From NCBI GenBank assembly GCA_965601925.1, contig OZ271854.1, positions 2,144,001 to 2,208,000 of the forward strand: a DNA stretch of 64,000 bases, in the 5' to 3' direction. Origin of the DNA: Alkalispirochaeta sp. (GTDB lineage: Bacteria; Spirochaetota; Spirochaetia; DSM-27196; Alkalispirochaetaceae). Shown here piece after piece: positions 12,012-22,213 of the stretch; position 1 is the first letter of the stretch, and the number at the start of each line of letters is the position of its first letter. The notes below the pieces were generated by a model. The model searched no databases. It was given only the letters and a program-made list of their open reading frames with translations, and was not told the DNA's origin. The position numbers and the translations under genes were made by a program.

Positions 12012-12620
12012 ATGATACCGGAGTTTTACGCCATCGTTGGGGGTGGCATCGGATCACTTGGAGGTTTCGTCTACCTGTTCCATACCGCCGCAGGCAAGAC
12101 AAAACCGAATCGGGTGACTTGGCTGCTCTGGGGTCTGTTCCCCATGATCATTTTCGTAGCCCAGCGTGCGCAAGGGGTGGAGGGGCTATCATGGGCAACG
12201 TTCGCCGCCGGATTCACTCCCCTTCTCATCGTAGTGACCTCGTTCCTGAACGCCAAGGCGTACTGGAAAACGGAGCCGAACGACTACTATCTGATGGCGG
12301 CGGCGATGATCGGAATTGTTCTTTGGGCAGTCACAAAGAATGCCAATCTTGCGATCGTTTTTTCCCTCGGCGCCGATGTGCTGGCAAGCCTGCCGACGCT
12401 TGTTAAAGCCTACAAGCACCCCGAAACCGAAAGTTGGCTCGCCTACGCAGTGAGCGCAGTTGGGTTCGGCATAGGCGTACTGGCCATCCAGGTTTTCTCG
12501 TTTGAGAGCGGCGCGTTCATTTCATACATCTTTTTGCTGAATGCGATACTTGCCGTATTTGCGTTGCGGAAGGGAGTTGAACCAACATCACGGTCAAATC
12601 CTCAATCGGATACCGGATAG
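12012..12620 (+). CDS. Hypothetical multi-pass membrane protein
   Basis: Several hydrophobic helices; KPNRVTW and KAYKHPETES repeat-like loops. Confidence 0.75.
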   Translation: MIPEFYAIVGGGIGSLGGFVYLFHTAAGKTKPNRVTWLLWGLFPMIIFVAQRAQGVEGLSWATFAAGFTPLLIVVTSFLNAKAYWKTEPNDYYLMAAAMIGIVLWAVTKNANLAIVFSLGADVLASLPTLVKAYKHPETESWLAYAVSAVGFGIGVLAIQVFSFESGAFISYIFLLNAILAVFALRKGVEPTSRSNPQSDTG

Positions 12621-12716
12621 CACCAACGACTGTTGAATCCGACTCAGACGTCGGACGGTAACTCCGTCCCGTCAAGAGCAATACCCGGGCCGTATCGTCC
12701 CGCGAAGGCGAGTGTA

Positions 12717-12795
12717 AGATGACAACCGCATCGCCTGCGCCCTCACAGGAGCGTAGCGACGCAAGCAACCGGTGCAAGTGCGGGTGGTGATATGA
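12717..12795 (-). repeat. Degenerate short-type attC-like site
   Basis: ACAACCGCATCGCCTGCGCCCTCACAGGAGCG matches the sites at 34563 and 37648; core boxes mutated. Confidence 0.5.
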
Positions 12796-13206
12796 CGGCG
12801 ATTACGACCATCGGAAATTCCCAAGACACCGGGAACATCTTCCAACACCCGGTCGGAATCGGTCGGCCGCCACCGGGTTTGACCGCGATTGCCGCACCGA
12901 GCGGTTTCCTTGCGCACGCTTGGTGAGAAACGTACGTGTGTTTCCCGTTCAAAGCCCGCCCGGGACCAACCATTTCTCCCTCATCGTCGCGTGTGTCCTT
13001 TCTTTCGAGCGGTGGGGTCGCCGCCATTCGCGTATAAATTCGCCTGTCAGCGCGGTTTTGCGCCGCCGCTCCGAGATACCTTTTCTACCGCTCGACGAGA
13101 CCGGAGGCGATCAAGAGCGCGCTAATCGCACGTCGGCCGATCCGGTCGGCGCTCGACGTCATGTATCGACGGGAGCGACGCAATGCGCCGTTCCCGTTGC
13201 CTACCG

Positions 13207-14577
13207 CTACTCGTGGCTTTCGTTCGCCCGCCGCGCCAAGCGTAGGACGATATCGGCGTGGCTATCGATCACAGTGCGAATCGATGGCTCCGAAACATCG
13301 GCAAACTCCGATTGCAAAGCGGATAGCTCCGCGGCCGCGCCGTCGTAGTCGCCCCGCGCGACGGTATACAGAAATCCGTTAAGCGCGGCTACCGCTTGAA
13401 GGTTCAACGGACTCTCGGTTATGACGCTCTGTGATAGTAACCTCGGTATCAGTGCGTCGTTCGCCGGATCGGCATCTCTCACGAGGGTGTCCGACAGGTT
13501 AATGGCGACCATGGCGTCGCCCGACGCCTCTTCGACGGCGATCTCGGCATCGAGTTCCTCAGTTTCGTTGAATACACTGCTGGTCACCAGATAGCCGTTC
13601 TCAAATAGCACGTACGCTTCGTTGTGCGTCGGGAGTAAATTGAACCCCCCTGAAACGATTTCCCTCGTTATGGTGCCGGAGGGCATGTCAAGGGCGAGGT
13701 TTGTTGCAAACACAACAACGTACTGTGCCCCCTCGCGCCGAAAGGAATCGTTTAGCGGCGCGACTCGAAGTCGCGCGACGAGAGGCTGCCCCTCCTCGGC
13801 GTAACCGCCGACGACCATCTCCGAGAGTGTTTGTGCCTCGGCGGCGGCGGCTGGGAACTCGGAGAAAAACCGGGCGCGGAGTTCATCCATAACCTCAAAG
13901 TCGAGAGTTTCGAGGAGTTCCAACTCTGCCAACAATGACATCGTAATATATGCCTGATGGAGCGGTGGTACGCGGAACGCCGTTTCGAACGACTCAACGG
14001 CACGAAAGGCGGTCTCCCCGTCCGACAGCGCGTTGATATCGATGTCTTCCGTTCCGGGAAAATGGACACGCCTATCGAGTACGGCAAAGTCTGGAAATCG
14101 TTCATCCATGTTCACGAAATCAACCGTCGCATAGTTTCGCACAGGGGCCAGATTCGCGCGGCTGAGTGCTGAATTAAACGTCACGTTCCAGCTTCCGAAG
14201 TAGACGATTTCCCCCGCCGTAATAACGACCGGTTCGCGAACTCTTTCGACATCGTCAAGGTTAATAGTTCCGCTCAAGTTCCCGCGAGAAAGGCCGATGC
14301 GAGAGGCGCTATATTCACCGGGTGGAACGGGCACGAGGACGAGCGGAGATCTATCGGTGCCGACAAACTCGATAACGACCCGCTCTTCACCCTGCAGCAC
14401 CAGAGACGCACTCACATCGTCTTCCGAGAGGCGAGCCAGGAGATAACCCATAGTGGGATCCACGGTCTCGTTTGGACGCACCGCGGATGTCGGAGGCGTC
14501 ACGCATCCGCTAAGAATCAATACACTCATCACCGCAAGCAATATGACGCGACAAGTTTTTGTATACACGTTCCTCAC
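13207..14577 (-). CDS. Hypothetical lipoprotein
   Basis: 456-aa ORF with lipobox LSGC and a GGAG RBS. Confidence 0.75.
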   Translation of the reverse strand: MRNVYTKTCRVILLAVMSVLILSGCVTPPTSAVRPNETVDPTMGYLLARLSEDDVSASLVLQGEERVVIEFVGTDRSPLVLVPVPPGEYSASRIGLSRGNLSGTINLDDVERVREPVVITAGEIVYFGSWNVTFNSALSRANLAPVRNYATVDFVNMDERFPDFAVLDRRVHFPGTEDIDINALSDGETAFRAVESFETAFRVPPLHQAYITMSLLAELELLETLDFEVMDELRARFFSEFPAAAAEAQTLSEMVVGGYAEEGQPLVARLRVAPLNDSFRREGAQYVVVFATNLALDMPSGTITREIVSGGFNLLPTHNEAYVLFENGYLVTSSVFNETEELDAEIAVEEASGDAMVAINLSDTLVRDADPANDALIPRLLSQSVITESPLNLQAVAALNGFLYTVARGDYDGAAAELSALQSEFADVSEPSIRTVIDSHADIVLRLARRANESHE

Positions 14578-14787
14578 TCCATTCGTAAAATATATTAAAG
14601 AACGACGAAAACTTTACATTTGGAAGCAATGCCGCATCGTAAATTATTTTCGAGATATGATAAACACTCTTTCTTCGTTAATCTAACAAATACGGTTCGT
14701 CGAGTGCCGGGTAGGCACTACAATTTCCCCGGCCGCGACCGCACACAAGCGGTACGTCGCCCGCGCCTTGTGCCCAACCATTCGCCC

Positions 14788-15447
14788 CTACAACAATCGA
14801 AAGGAGCTGTTCAAATGAACCAGTACATGCCTCGTCAGCGGCATAGTCACTATGCCGGCAATGTTTTTCTTGCCCCAAAAATCCAACAACCACGTGTCCG
14901 TGTCTGCGACCGATCCTATACTCTGTATCTTTTTAAGGGACTCCGAGCCGACTTTTCTTTTGAGGTCGGATAGCGTCAATGTCTGTAACGCGGCCCTGGT
15001 TTTCTTGCCCGTCGCATCTCGGTAGCTCCGCAACTGCTCAATACTGATCTGTGCATTGAATACCTGCATATCATCGTACTTCATGCTGTTTCCGGTATGG
15101 CGGAACGGTATACCCAGCCGGTCTCGAAAACGCTTGTTATGGTAGACCTCTTCATCGGCACAGAGAAAATGACTCACGGCAATGTCCTCGATTCTCGCAC
15201 TGTGCCACAGATGCCAGGCAATAGAGTACAACTTTGTCCGGGAGAATCGTCTGATCATCTCCGCATCACAACTTTTCCACAAGGTGTCTTCGTACGTGTC
15301 CGCACCGCTTGAAGATACCGATGCCGCGTGAACAAACTGGTGTAGATTCAGCATCATCTCCGATGTTTCACGGACGTAACCATCTTTGAGGATTATGCCC
15401 TTCAGTTTCTTGATTGTTGCGTTCCATTCTTTGACGCCGGTAATCAT
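14788..15447 (-). CDS. DinB-family protein
   Basis: SIAWHLWHSARIED and RH..VHLN His motifs. Confidence 0.75.
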   Translation of the reverse strand: MITGVKEWNATIKKLKGIILKDGYVRETSEMMLNLHQFVHAASVSSSGADTYEDTLWKSCDAEMIRRFSRTKLYSIAWHLWHSARIEDIAVSHFLCADEEVYHNKRFRDRLGIPFRHTGNSMKYDDMQVFNAQISIEQLRSYRDATGKKTRAALQTLTLSDLKRKVGSESLKKIQSIGSVADTDTWLLDFWGKKNIAGIVTMPLTRHVLVHLNSSFRLL

Positions 15448-15510
15448 TACTCACGCTCCCATTGCGGTTTACTCGTATTCGATTACGGTACATCTCCCGC
15501 GCACGCGTCT

Positions 15511-15984
15511 TTAGAGTTGGTCGGCAAAGTGATCGGGGGCGCGTCCCCTCAACTGCTCGTTTAAGAGGGCGTTTAGTTCCCCGAGGTGGTATTGACTATG
15601 GCGGAGCAAAAAAAGCGCGACGCTCTGGGCGGTCTCCCCTGCCCAGGGGTACTCTTCGTTCTTGCCGTCAGCGTCCATCTCCCGGATCCAGGTTTCGGTT
15701 TTCCGCGCGACGGTTTCGACCATGAAGAGCACATTCTCCACGTCGGGAAGCGCGCTTTTATCGATCTCCGAGGAGCGATTATCGATGAACGATCCATCTT
15801 TACGCATTAACAGCATTCTCCCTTCGATGTAGAAGATCGCGCTTTGGAGGATATGCAGGGCCAGCCTATCGGGTTGGGTGACGCCGAATCCTAGGCTTCT
15901 CCACGAGGCCTCGTCGAAATCCCGGCAGACACACCGATAGGTTCTCCAGACGTGGGCGTATTGATTGAGTAGCTCCCGTTTCAT
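15511..15984 (-). CDS. DinB-family protein
   Basis: LALHIL and LRHSQYHLGE motifs. Confidence 0.75.
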   Translation of the reverse strand: MKRELLNQYAHVWRTYRCVCRDFDEASWRSLGFGVTQPDRLALHILQSAIFYIEGRMLLMRKDGSFIDNRSSEIDKSALPDVENVLFMVETVARKTETWIREMDADGKNEEYPWAGETAQSVALFLLRHSQYHLGELNALLNEQLRGRAPDHFADQL

Positions 15985-16035
15985 CTCTTAGCTCCTTTCG
16001 TTTTGTTCAACGTGAGCTCGAGAGTACACCGGAAA

Positions 16036-16965
16036 CTATGACACCTCTGTGTCGTAGTTGTTGCGACAAAGTGCCTTTTTCAGCACTTCGATGAAGCCGG
16101 TTCGAAGCGATTCGGGCTGTACGACTTTGACATAGGGTGCCATACCCAACAGCTGGGAGTAGAGCCATTCGTTAATTTCGTAGTGTAGGTGAACGATTAT
16201 TTTTTCGCCCACGACACGACATTTTGCCGGTTCGATGTAGTCGGGCAGTATGTGCTGATTGTCCCGGTCTATCTCCAGGACGATCTCCTCTCGGTTCCAA
16301 TCGTCGTCTCCACCGCTTTCCCACGGCAGGTCCGCAGGCATCTCGGTCAATGAGAACTTCTCATCCGATAGTTCGCACCGGGCGATCCGGCTCACTTTGA
16401 ACATCCTGAAATCGGAGCGCAGGTCGCAATGCCCGAAGGCGTACCACCTCGAGTTGATTAACACCAAGCAGTAGGGGCAGAAGACTCTCGTCGTTTTATT
16501 GAATCGCACATCGTAGTAGGTCATGGTCACTTTCCGTTGCATGTCCCGTCCCTTGGAAAGGACCGAAAGATGCGTTTGGAAGTCGCTACTGTTACAGGCG
16601 GGGTTCAACTGAACGACCAGCTTTTTGTTGTCTAAGTCATGAGCATCCAGACTCAAAAACTTGTTGTAGATGGAACTCACTTCCGAATAGGGAGTTACTC
16701 CTTCGAGCTCTTTCAGAAAAGTGTAGAGAACTCCGGCCTCCTCTCTGTTCAAAAAGCCCTTTTCGAGTCTGAAGTTCTCCTGTAATTGATACCCGCCGTT
16801 GACTCCCACATCGGCATAGAGGGGAACGCCGGCCATGTTGAGCGTATCGAGATCTCTTTGGATGGTGCGGACCGAGACCTCAAAGTGTTCCGAGAGCTGT
16901 TTCGCCGTGACCTTCTTTTTATTGATCAGCATCATCACAATACCGATCAGTCTGTCGATCTTCAT
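16036..16965 (-). CDS. YafY-type HTH-WYL transcriptional regulator
   Basis: MKIDRL..., FEVSVRTIQRD, GGY, WYAFGHC, FRMFKVSRI. Confidence 0.92.
   Translation of the reverse strand: MKIDRLIGIVMMLINKKKVTAKQLSEHFEVSVRTIQRDLDTLNMAGVPLYADVGVNGGYQLQENFRLEKGFLNREEAGVLYTFLKELEGVTPYSEVSSIYNKFLSLDAHDLDNKKLVVQLNPACNSSDFQTHLSVLSKGRDMQRKVTMTYYDVRFNKTTRVFCPYCLVLINSRWYAFGHCDLRSDFRMFKVSRIARCELSDEKFSLTEMPADLPWESGGDDDWNREEIVLEIDRDNQHILPDYIEPAKCRVVGEKIIVHLHYEINEWLYSQLLGMAPYVKVVQPESLRTGFIEVLKKALCRNNYDTEVS
16037..16056. promoter_or_regulatory. Putative WYL-regulator operator overlapping the WYL gene end, upstream of the dinB genes
   Basis: Inverted repeat TATGACAC-CTCT-GTGTCGTA. Confidence 0.5.
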
Positions 16966-17144
16966 GGTTGAGAGATCCTTTGACCGCGAGACTATTCGAT
17001 TATAGGAGCGTCGATTGCAGTGTGCAAGCGAGACACCGACAAGACGGTAGTTGCAATTATCGGCGATCTCCAAAGCATGCGGGAGCATCCTTCGATATTG
17101 ATTCAACACCGAGTGGTCGCCGCCGCTTTTGCGCTACTCAGCGA

Positions 17145-18203
17145 TTAACACAACACCTCTTTATCAAGCCACGTTTCAATATCCCGGCTGATATTCAGTA
17201 TTGAGTCATCCAAAGACAGGCGTATTCCCTGACAACCGACCTGACACGGTTCATTGTGCAGCTTCCTATCGCAGCCGTATCCTCTTGCAATTTTTTCTCG
17301 CAAAGACAACGGGAACTGTTCAATAAGATCCGGATATCTATCTGCTTTTTTGGCTCGTACAACTAAGCAATAGCCGTGGCGTGTAGACAGAGAAAAGTCC
17401 CATACCCGTCGCTGATATACATCCCGTGGGGATAAGACCCGCCGGCTACTCTTGACATGTGCATACGCAAAATGAACTTCGAAGGTTGATATGAGCGTTG
17501 CGCAGGTCATTCCCATATCGATATGACGCCGATGTAGTTCCAACGCAAACGTTTGGACTTCTTCGCGCAGGGGATGCAAGAAGTCTTTTAAGATATCCGA
17601 TGGGTCCGTATCTTCCGCTTTCAGTAACCGGTAATCGCAGCGTAGAAGATTATCGTGATTGTTGTCGTTCTTGTACCGCTTCACTCGCAGTGCTATATCG
17701 GCAATCGACATGACCTTGAGCCCCGTGAGCAAGATGGGAGCGCTCGGATACGATACTTCTAATCGTACTTCCGAAAGACTGAGCGGCTTCGTTTCTCCAT
17801 CAATGCCGATAAAAACGAAACCGCAGAGTGTTAAAAAACGCACACATTCCATAAACTTAGAAACGGGGTTCTTGGGCTTCTTTTTATTTCCTTTTTCGTC
17901 GATTGAGGCGGCAAATGAGGGTATTTCAGTTATCAGCAGTGAATCGCCGCTTCCGGCCGGCGTACCGTGATACCCTATGTCGGCCAGCAGGTCGGTGATA
18001 TGATATAGAAACGGATAGTCTGTCGCAGTCTTCGGTTTTTTCGGCAACGTGAAGTATGCATGTCCGTCCGAGATAAGGCGGTCGAAAAACACATACAAAA
18101 AATCCCTGAATGCAACAACGCCGCTTCGTATATCGTCCTCGCTTGCAACGTCTGCAAACATGGGTCTCAGGGCGTACGTCTTGGGTATGTCGGCCGGTAT
18201 CAA
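17145..18203 (-). CDS. Hypothetical protein
   Basis: 352-aa ORF, AT-richer than flanks, C-terminal GCDR...C..GCQG; frame stays open upstream, so start uncertain. Confidence 0.7.
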   Translation of the reverse strand: MIPADIPKTYALRPMFADVASEDDIRSGVVAFRDFLYVFFDRLISDGHAYFTLPKKPKTATDYPFLYHITDLLADIGYHGTPAGSGDSLLITEIPSFAASIDEKGNKKKPKNPVSKFMECVRFLTLCGFVFIGIDGETKPLSLSEVRLEVSYPSAPILLTGLKVMSIADIALRVKRYKNDNNHDNLLRCDYRLLKAEDTDPSDILKDFLHPLREEVQTFALELHRRHIDMGMTCATLISTFEVHFAYAHVKSSRRVLSPRDVYQRRVWDFSLSTRHGYCLVVRAKKADRYPDLIEQFPLSLREKIARGYGCDRKLHNEPCQVGCQGIRLSLDDSILNISRDIETWLDKEVLC

Positions 18204-18835
18204 GTTTCTTATGTATTGAGCGATTTCACTGATGGGCTTTTGCCGTACCGGACAGCCGTGATAGGTACTTATTGTTCGCTCCTTCCGTTTTTATTATTAC
18301 ACTGCTTCCAATACGGCGCCAGGATGTCATATTAATGCAGTCGTAACGTCATTTTTGAATTAGAAGAGGAAACAGCATTCGATGAGTCCTTTGAAGTATC
18401 GACGATAGCACGCTTAAGGTGACCGTAGTGTTTTTCGGAGCCGATCACCCCCCATGCATTTCAGAATAAGAGCAATGAACGAATCGACATGCTCCTACGT
18501 CGTTCCCTTTTCTAAATCTTTTACTCTTCAACACTACTGCCTTTGACAAATCATTGACATACAACGCCTTATGAGTAGCCGAAGCCGAGACACAACAACG
18601 CATCCGTTCGATGGTGCCGCGTTACCGTAGCGGCATTGCGGTCGCTTGCAGACGCTTATCGTATCGGCTGGACATGCAAGACGTGCTCGGCGTCACATCA
18701 CGCTCGTCCTATAGTTTTCACATCTTGTGTTCCGGTGCAGTTTATCGATGTATGTTTTTCGACTGAGTTTGCCTCAGTTCTTTATCTCAGATGTGTTCGC
18801 TTTCCCGACGTTATCTCCGCACTACACTACGTGCG

Positions 18836-18960
18836 GCATAACACCGCGTCCAGCTGCGGGCTACGGTCCGGAGTCGCGAAACGGCGGAGGGATCGGCGCC
18901 GGTTTTGCGCGTGCAAAAGCCGTGACGAAGCAGCTTGACTGGTCCGGCGATATGTTGCCG
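18836..18960 (-). repeat. Long-type attC-like site (isolated, R'' degenerate)
   Basis: GCATAACACCG...GGAGTCGCGAAACGGCGGAGGGATCGGCG...TTGACTGGTCCGGCGATATGTT; same family as 41013/55663. Confidence 0.75.
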
Positions 18961-19115
18961 ACACATGACGCATCGCAAGACGATACATTGCGTCTTTACC
19001 GTCTGCCTTCCCGGTAGGATTCGGAGGCTCATCTTGTCGTTTTTGCCGCTCCAACATACGATCTGACAACATTCACTGCTTGGTTCATAATACGTTCGTA
19101 ACGGATGGAAGGCCT

Positions 19116-19715
19116 ATGCAGCAATCAATGACTATTGTTCCGTTCAACCAACTGGATCAAGGACAACTGTACCGCGCCTCTTATCTGTTCTCGGATTCAT
19201 TCTATGAGTGGTTTTCTTTCTTCTCAAAGGACAGGGCAAGACTCGCAAAGGCGTTCGTGCCGAGCTTTGACCTATCCCGCTTCTACGCGTTGGTACGAGA
19301 AGAAGTTCCCGTTGCCATTGCGTGTTTGAGTCCGCTGAATAGCCCAAGCGTCCGCATGCACAGAAGGGCGTGTATTCAGAATCTAGGCCTCCTCAGGGGA
19401 GGGCTTGCATATACGTTGTTACGTAGGGAGTTTGGAAAGCGGTACCCTATCGGTGTCGAGGGCGACTTCGCGCTTGAGTTTGTAGCAACTGCATCAGAGC
19501 ATAGACGTCGTGGGTACTCGAAAACGCTGATCGGGAGGTTGTTGGAAGACGTGGTCGCCGCGGTTCATCTCGAAGTCGCGTCTACGAACGCTGCCGCGAT
19601 GGACCTTTACACGTCGGTTGGATTTCTTGAGACGCTCAGAATCGAGAACAAGCATGCGAATCGATCCGGTTTCAGCCATTATGTCTATATGACAAGACCT
19701 GGTACGGGTATGTAG
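19116..19715 (+). CDS. GNAT family acetyltransferase
   Basis: HRRRGYS acetyl-CoA motif; LEV...N..A..LY...GF. Confidence 0.85.
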   Translation: MQQSMTIVPFNQLDQGQLYRASYLFSDSFYEWFSFFSKDRARLAKAFVPSFDLSRFYALVREEVPVAIACLSPLNSPSVRMHRRACIQNLGLLRGGLAYTLLRREFGKRYPIGVEGDFALEFVATASEHRRRGYSKTLIGRLLEDVVAAVHLEVASTNAAAMDLYTSVGFLETLRIENKHANRSGFSHYVYMTRPGTGM

Positions 19716-19943
19716 AGCGAGACACAAACCGCCTGGGAACAGGAACAATCCTGAGGTAAGGATATCTCCCACCTGAGTGAGGCGGGGTCGGAGTAGAGCT
19801 GCCGCGGAACCAATGGTCCAATCATCCTGCAATCGCCCTGACAAAGGAGGGTCGGCGTGCAGCGAACATGGTATCCGGCATCCAAGACACCGAATCAGGC
19901 CGTCTTATTTGCGGTCGGTCTCAAGTAGGGTACGGTTTGCACC

Positions 19944-20834
19944 ATGAGCGCCGCCGCGATCTCCGTCAACCTCGATCTCGTACAGGCCGTCGTGAAAAAA
20001 CAGTTTCCCCAGTATTCGACTTTGCCGATTACACCGGTGGTACCCCAGGGTTGGGACAACCGTACATTTCGGTTGGGATCCGAACTGAGCGTGAGGTTGC
20101 CGAGTGCTGCGCGGTACGAACCACAAACATTGAAGGAGTGGGAGTGGTTGCCGCACCTCGCACCAAACCTTCCGCTACCGGTTCCGACACCGGTTAACCT
20201 CGGCAAACCGGACAAAATCTTCCCGTGGCATTGGTCAATCCGATCGTGGCTAACGGGGGCACCCGCTACTACCGCTATCCCAACGAGTCCGTCGGAGTTT
20301 GCGCGCGCCCTGGGAGGTTTCCTTCTCGCGTTACGGAGCGTTCCCGCGTCGGGCGGCCCCGTGCCGGGGACACATAATTTCCATCGCGGGGCATCGCCGG
20401 CGGTCTACGATCGCGAGACGCACATCGCGTTGAGGGCTTTGGACTCGCATATCGATACGGATAAAGCGGCACGCATCTGGAACGAGGCGACCGCGGCGGA
20501 GTACACCGATGATGCGGTGTGGCTGCACGGAGACATGAGTCCCGGCAATCTCCTCGTTCAGACGGGTGAACTGGCGGCAGTGTTGGATTTCGGCTGCTGC
20601 GCCGTGGGTGATCCGGCGTGTGATCTCACCATTGCGTGGACCTACTTCGAGGGCGAAAGCCGACGCGCGTTTCGCGACGCGGTTGACGTGGACGAGAGTA
20701 CTTGGAAGCGGGCCCGAGGCTGGGCGTTGTGGAAGGCTGCGATTCTGCAGGCGCGTATCGCGGAAACGAACGCGGTCACACCGGAGCGCAATGCCGCGAT
20801 CCTGCGGGACGTGATGACCGATCCGATCGTATAG
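19944..20834 (+). CDS. Aminoglycoside phosphotransferase-like kinase
   Basis: GWDNRTFRLG, WLHGDMSPGN, LDFG. Confidence 0.9.
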   Translation: MSAAAISVNLDLVQAVVKKQFPQYSTLPITPVVPQGWDNRTFRLGSELSVRLPSAARYEPQTLKEWEWLPHLAPNLPLPVPTPVNLGKPDKIFPWHWSIRSWLTGAPATTAIPTSPSEFARALGGFLLALRSVPASGGPVPGTHNFHRGASPAVYDRETHIALRALDSHIDTDKAARIWNEATAAEYTDDAVWLHGDMSPGNLLVQTGELAAVLDFGCCAVGDPACDLTIAWTYFEGESRRAFRDAVDVDESTWKRARGWALWKAAILQARIAETNAVTPERNAAILRDVMTDPIV

Positions 20835-20869
20835 GCCTTCGCCACATCTCAGGGTAACAAACGCAATGC

Positions 20870-20950
20870 CGCGTGGCGCCCACGGTACCTGCACCATCGC
20901 AGGAGCACGCCGACGAGAAGGCGACTGATGCAAGTGCGAGCGGTTCGCCA
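20870..20950 (-). repeat. Highly degenerate short-type attC-like remnant
   Basis: ACCTGCACCATCGCAGGAGC...AAGGCGACTGATGCAAGTGCG shares its core with the 37648 and 12717 sites. Confidence 0.4.
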
Positions 20951-21193
20951 AGCGAACGACCAGCGCACCTACGGCACCGACCGGGCCGGTCAAGATTAGA
21001 CGATCGCCGCCCGGCTTTGATCCCGATCGTCTCAACCGACCGTTTTCTTCCCCTCGCCTTTTGGAGTACGTGCGTCATTTCTCCCACCTCAGCCCAACCC
21101 GAACCTCACTATTCCACCTTCATTCTCGTGTGTGCACCACCGCACCGGCGGTGAGGCGTAGGCGCGGGAGGGTGCGCGCTAGTGCCGGCGTTC

Positions 21194-22093
21194 CTACGAT
21201 ACGGCGAAACACCGGTCGAAGTGGTCTCGCAGTGCATCGTTGAACGCGCTGGGGCGTTCCTCGTGGACGAAGAGTTTCGCGCGATCCAAGACGACGAGGT
21301 CTGTACTTCCGCGGAATGTTGCGGCCATCGCCCGGGCGTCACGAAGCGGGAACCAAGGATCGTGTCTACCCCAGATCAGCCGCACCGGTGCCGTGATCGC
21401 CTCGTGTGCCGCAGCGACCCGATCGAAGTCTGCGACCTCGATCGATCGTAGAACGGCCGCTGCTCCTGCCATCGCCCGATCATCTTCCGCCAGGTGACGG
21501 AAGAAGAGATCGGCGAGCGCTCCGTGTAGCAGCGAGCGATTTCGATGGGCGACAACTGAGAGTAGAGCGCGCCCGAGGCGCGACGAGAGAACGCCGGCCA
21601 AGAGTGCTTCTAAGGACCGCAGCCTTCCAAGTGCAAAGAGAAGTCGCAGTCGGAGGCTCGGCCGACCGGGGATTTCGGTATTGCCTAAGGCGATTCCTGC
21701 GACACGCTCGCTCATGGACACCGCGGCAATGCGCAGGTAACTTCCTCCGGTGTTGTGTCCGACGAGTCCGAACGTTTCTCCGTCGATCTCCATCGCTCCG
21801 ATCGCTTCGGCGACTACAGCTGCAAACTCTTCGACACCAACACGGGTCTCGTCGCTCCATTCGGACCGCCTCGCTCTGGGGAGATCAAACAAGTGGCAGG
21901 TATAGTGCGCCGAGAGCGCCCGAACGCTATGACGCCACGTTCGCGCGTCCAACGGCCAACCGTGGATAAAAACGATGTCTGGTCCCGTGCTGATGCGCCA
22001 GTACGGAAGTCGACAGTCCCGCAACGTCAAAAAACGGGTCGGCGGACCCAACGGTTCGGTTTGTGTAGTAACTCCGGTGTGTGTAGTAGCCAT
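21194..22093 (-). CDS. Alpha/beta hydrolase fold protein
   Basis: FIHGWP, FDLP, GHNTGG at the nucleophile elbow, WGRHDPWF. Confidence 0.85.
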   Translation of the reverse strand: MATTHTGVTTQTEPLGPPTRFLTLRDCRLPYWRISTGPDIVFIHGWPLDARTWRHSVRALSAHYTCHLFDLPRARRSEWSDETRVGVEEFAAVVAEAIGAMEIDGETFGLVGHNTGGSYLRIAAVSMSERVAGIALGNTEIPGRPSLRLRLLFALGRLRSLEALLAGVLSSRLGRALLSVVAHRNRSLLHGALADLFFRHLAEDDRAMAGAAAVLRSIEVADFDRVAAAHEAITAPVRLIWGRHDPWFPLRDARAMAATFRGSTDLVVLDRAKLFVHEERPSAFNDALRDHFDRCFAVS

Positions 22094-22213
22094 GATACCT
22101 CCTATGTATGCGTTGCACCTTCGTTCTAAGGGTGCATCCGGACTCCTTGCCGTTCAATTACGTGGTGAGGTAGTTGATGGAGTAGGTTTGAGTCATGATA
22201 GTTGGAGTCACGG

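Noticed and set aside
14683..14790. Possible group II intron 3'-end remnant or attC (CTAACAAA...CCGCACACAAGCGGTACGT)
   Set aside because: Resemblance is short; I could not build a complete domain V stem or paired attC arms.
17101..17147. attC remnant (TTCAACACCGAG...) after the 352-aa gene
   Set aside because: Only ~10 bp match the consensus, too little to call.
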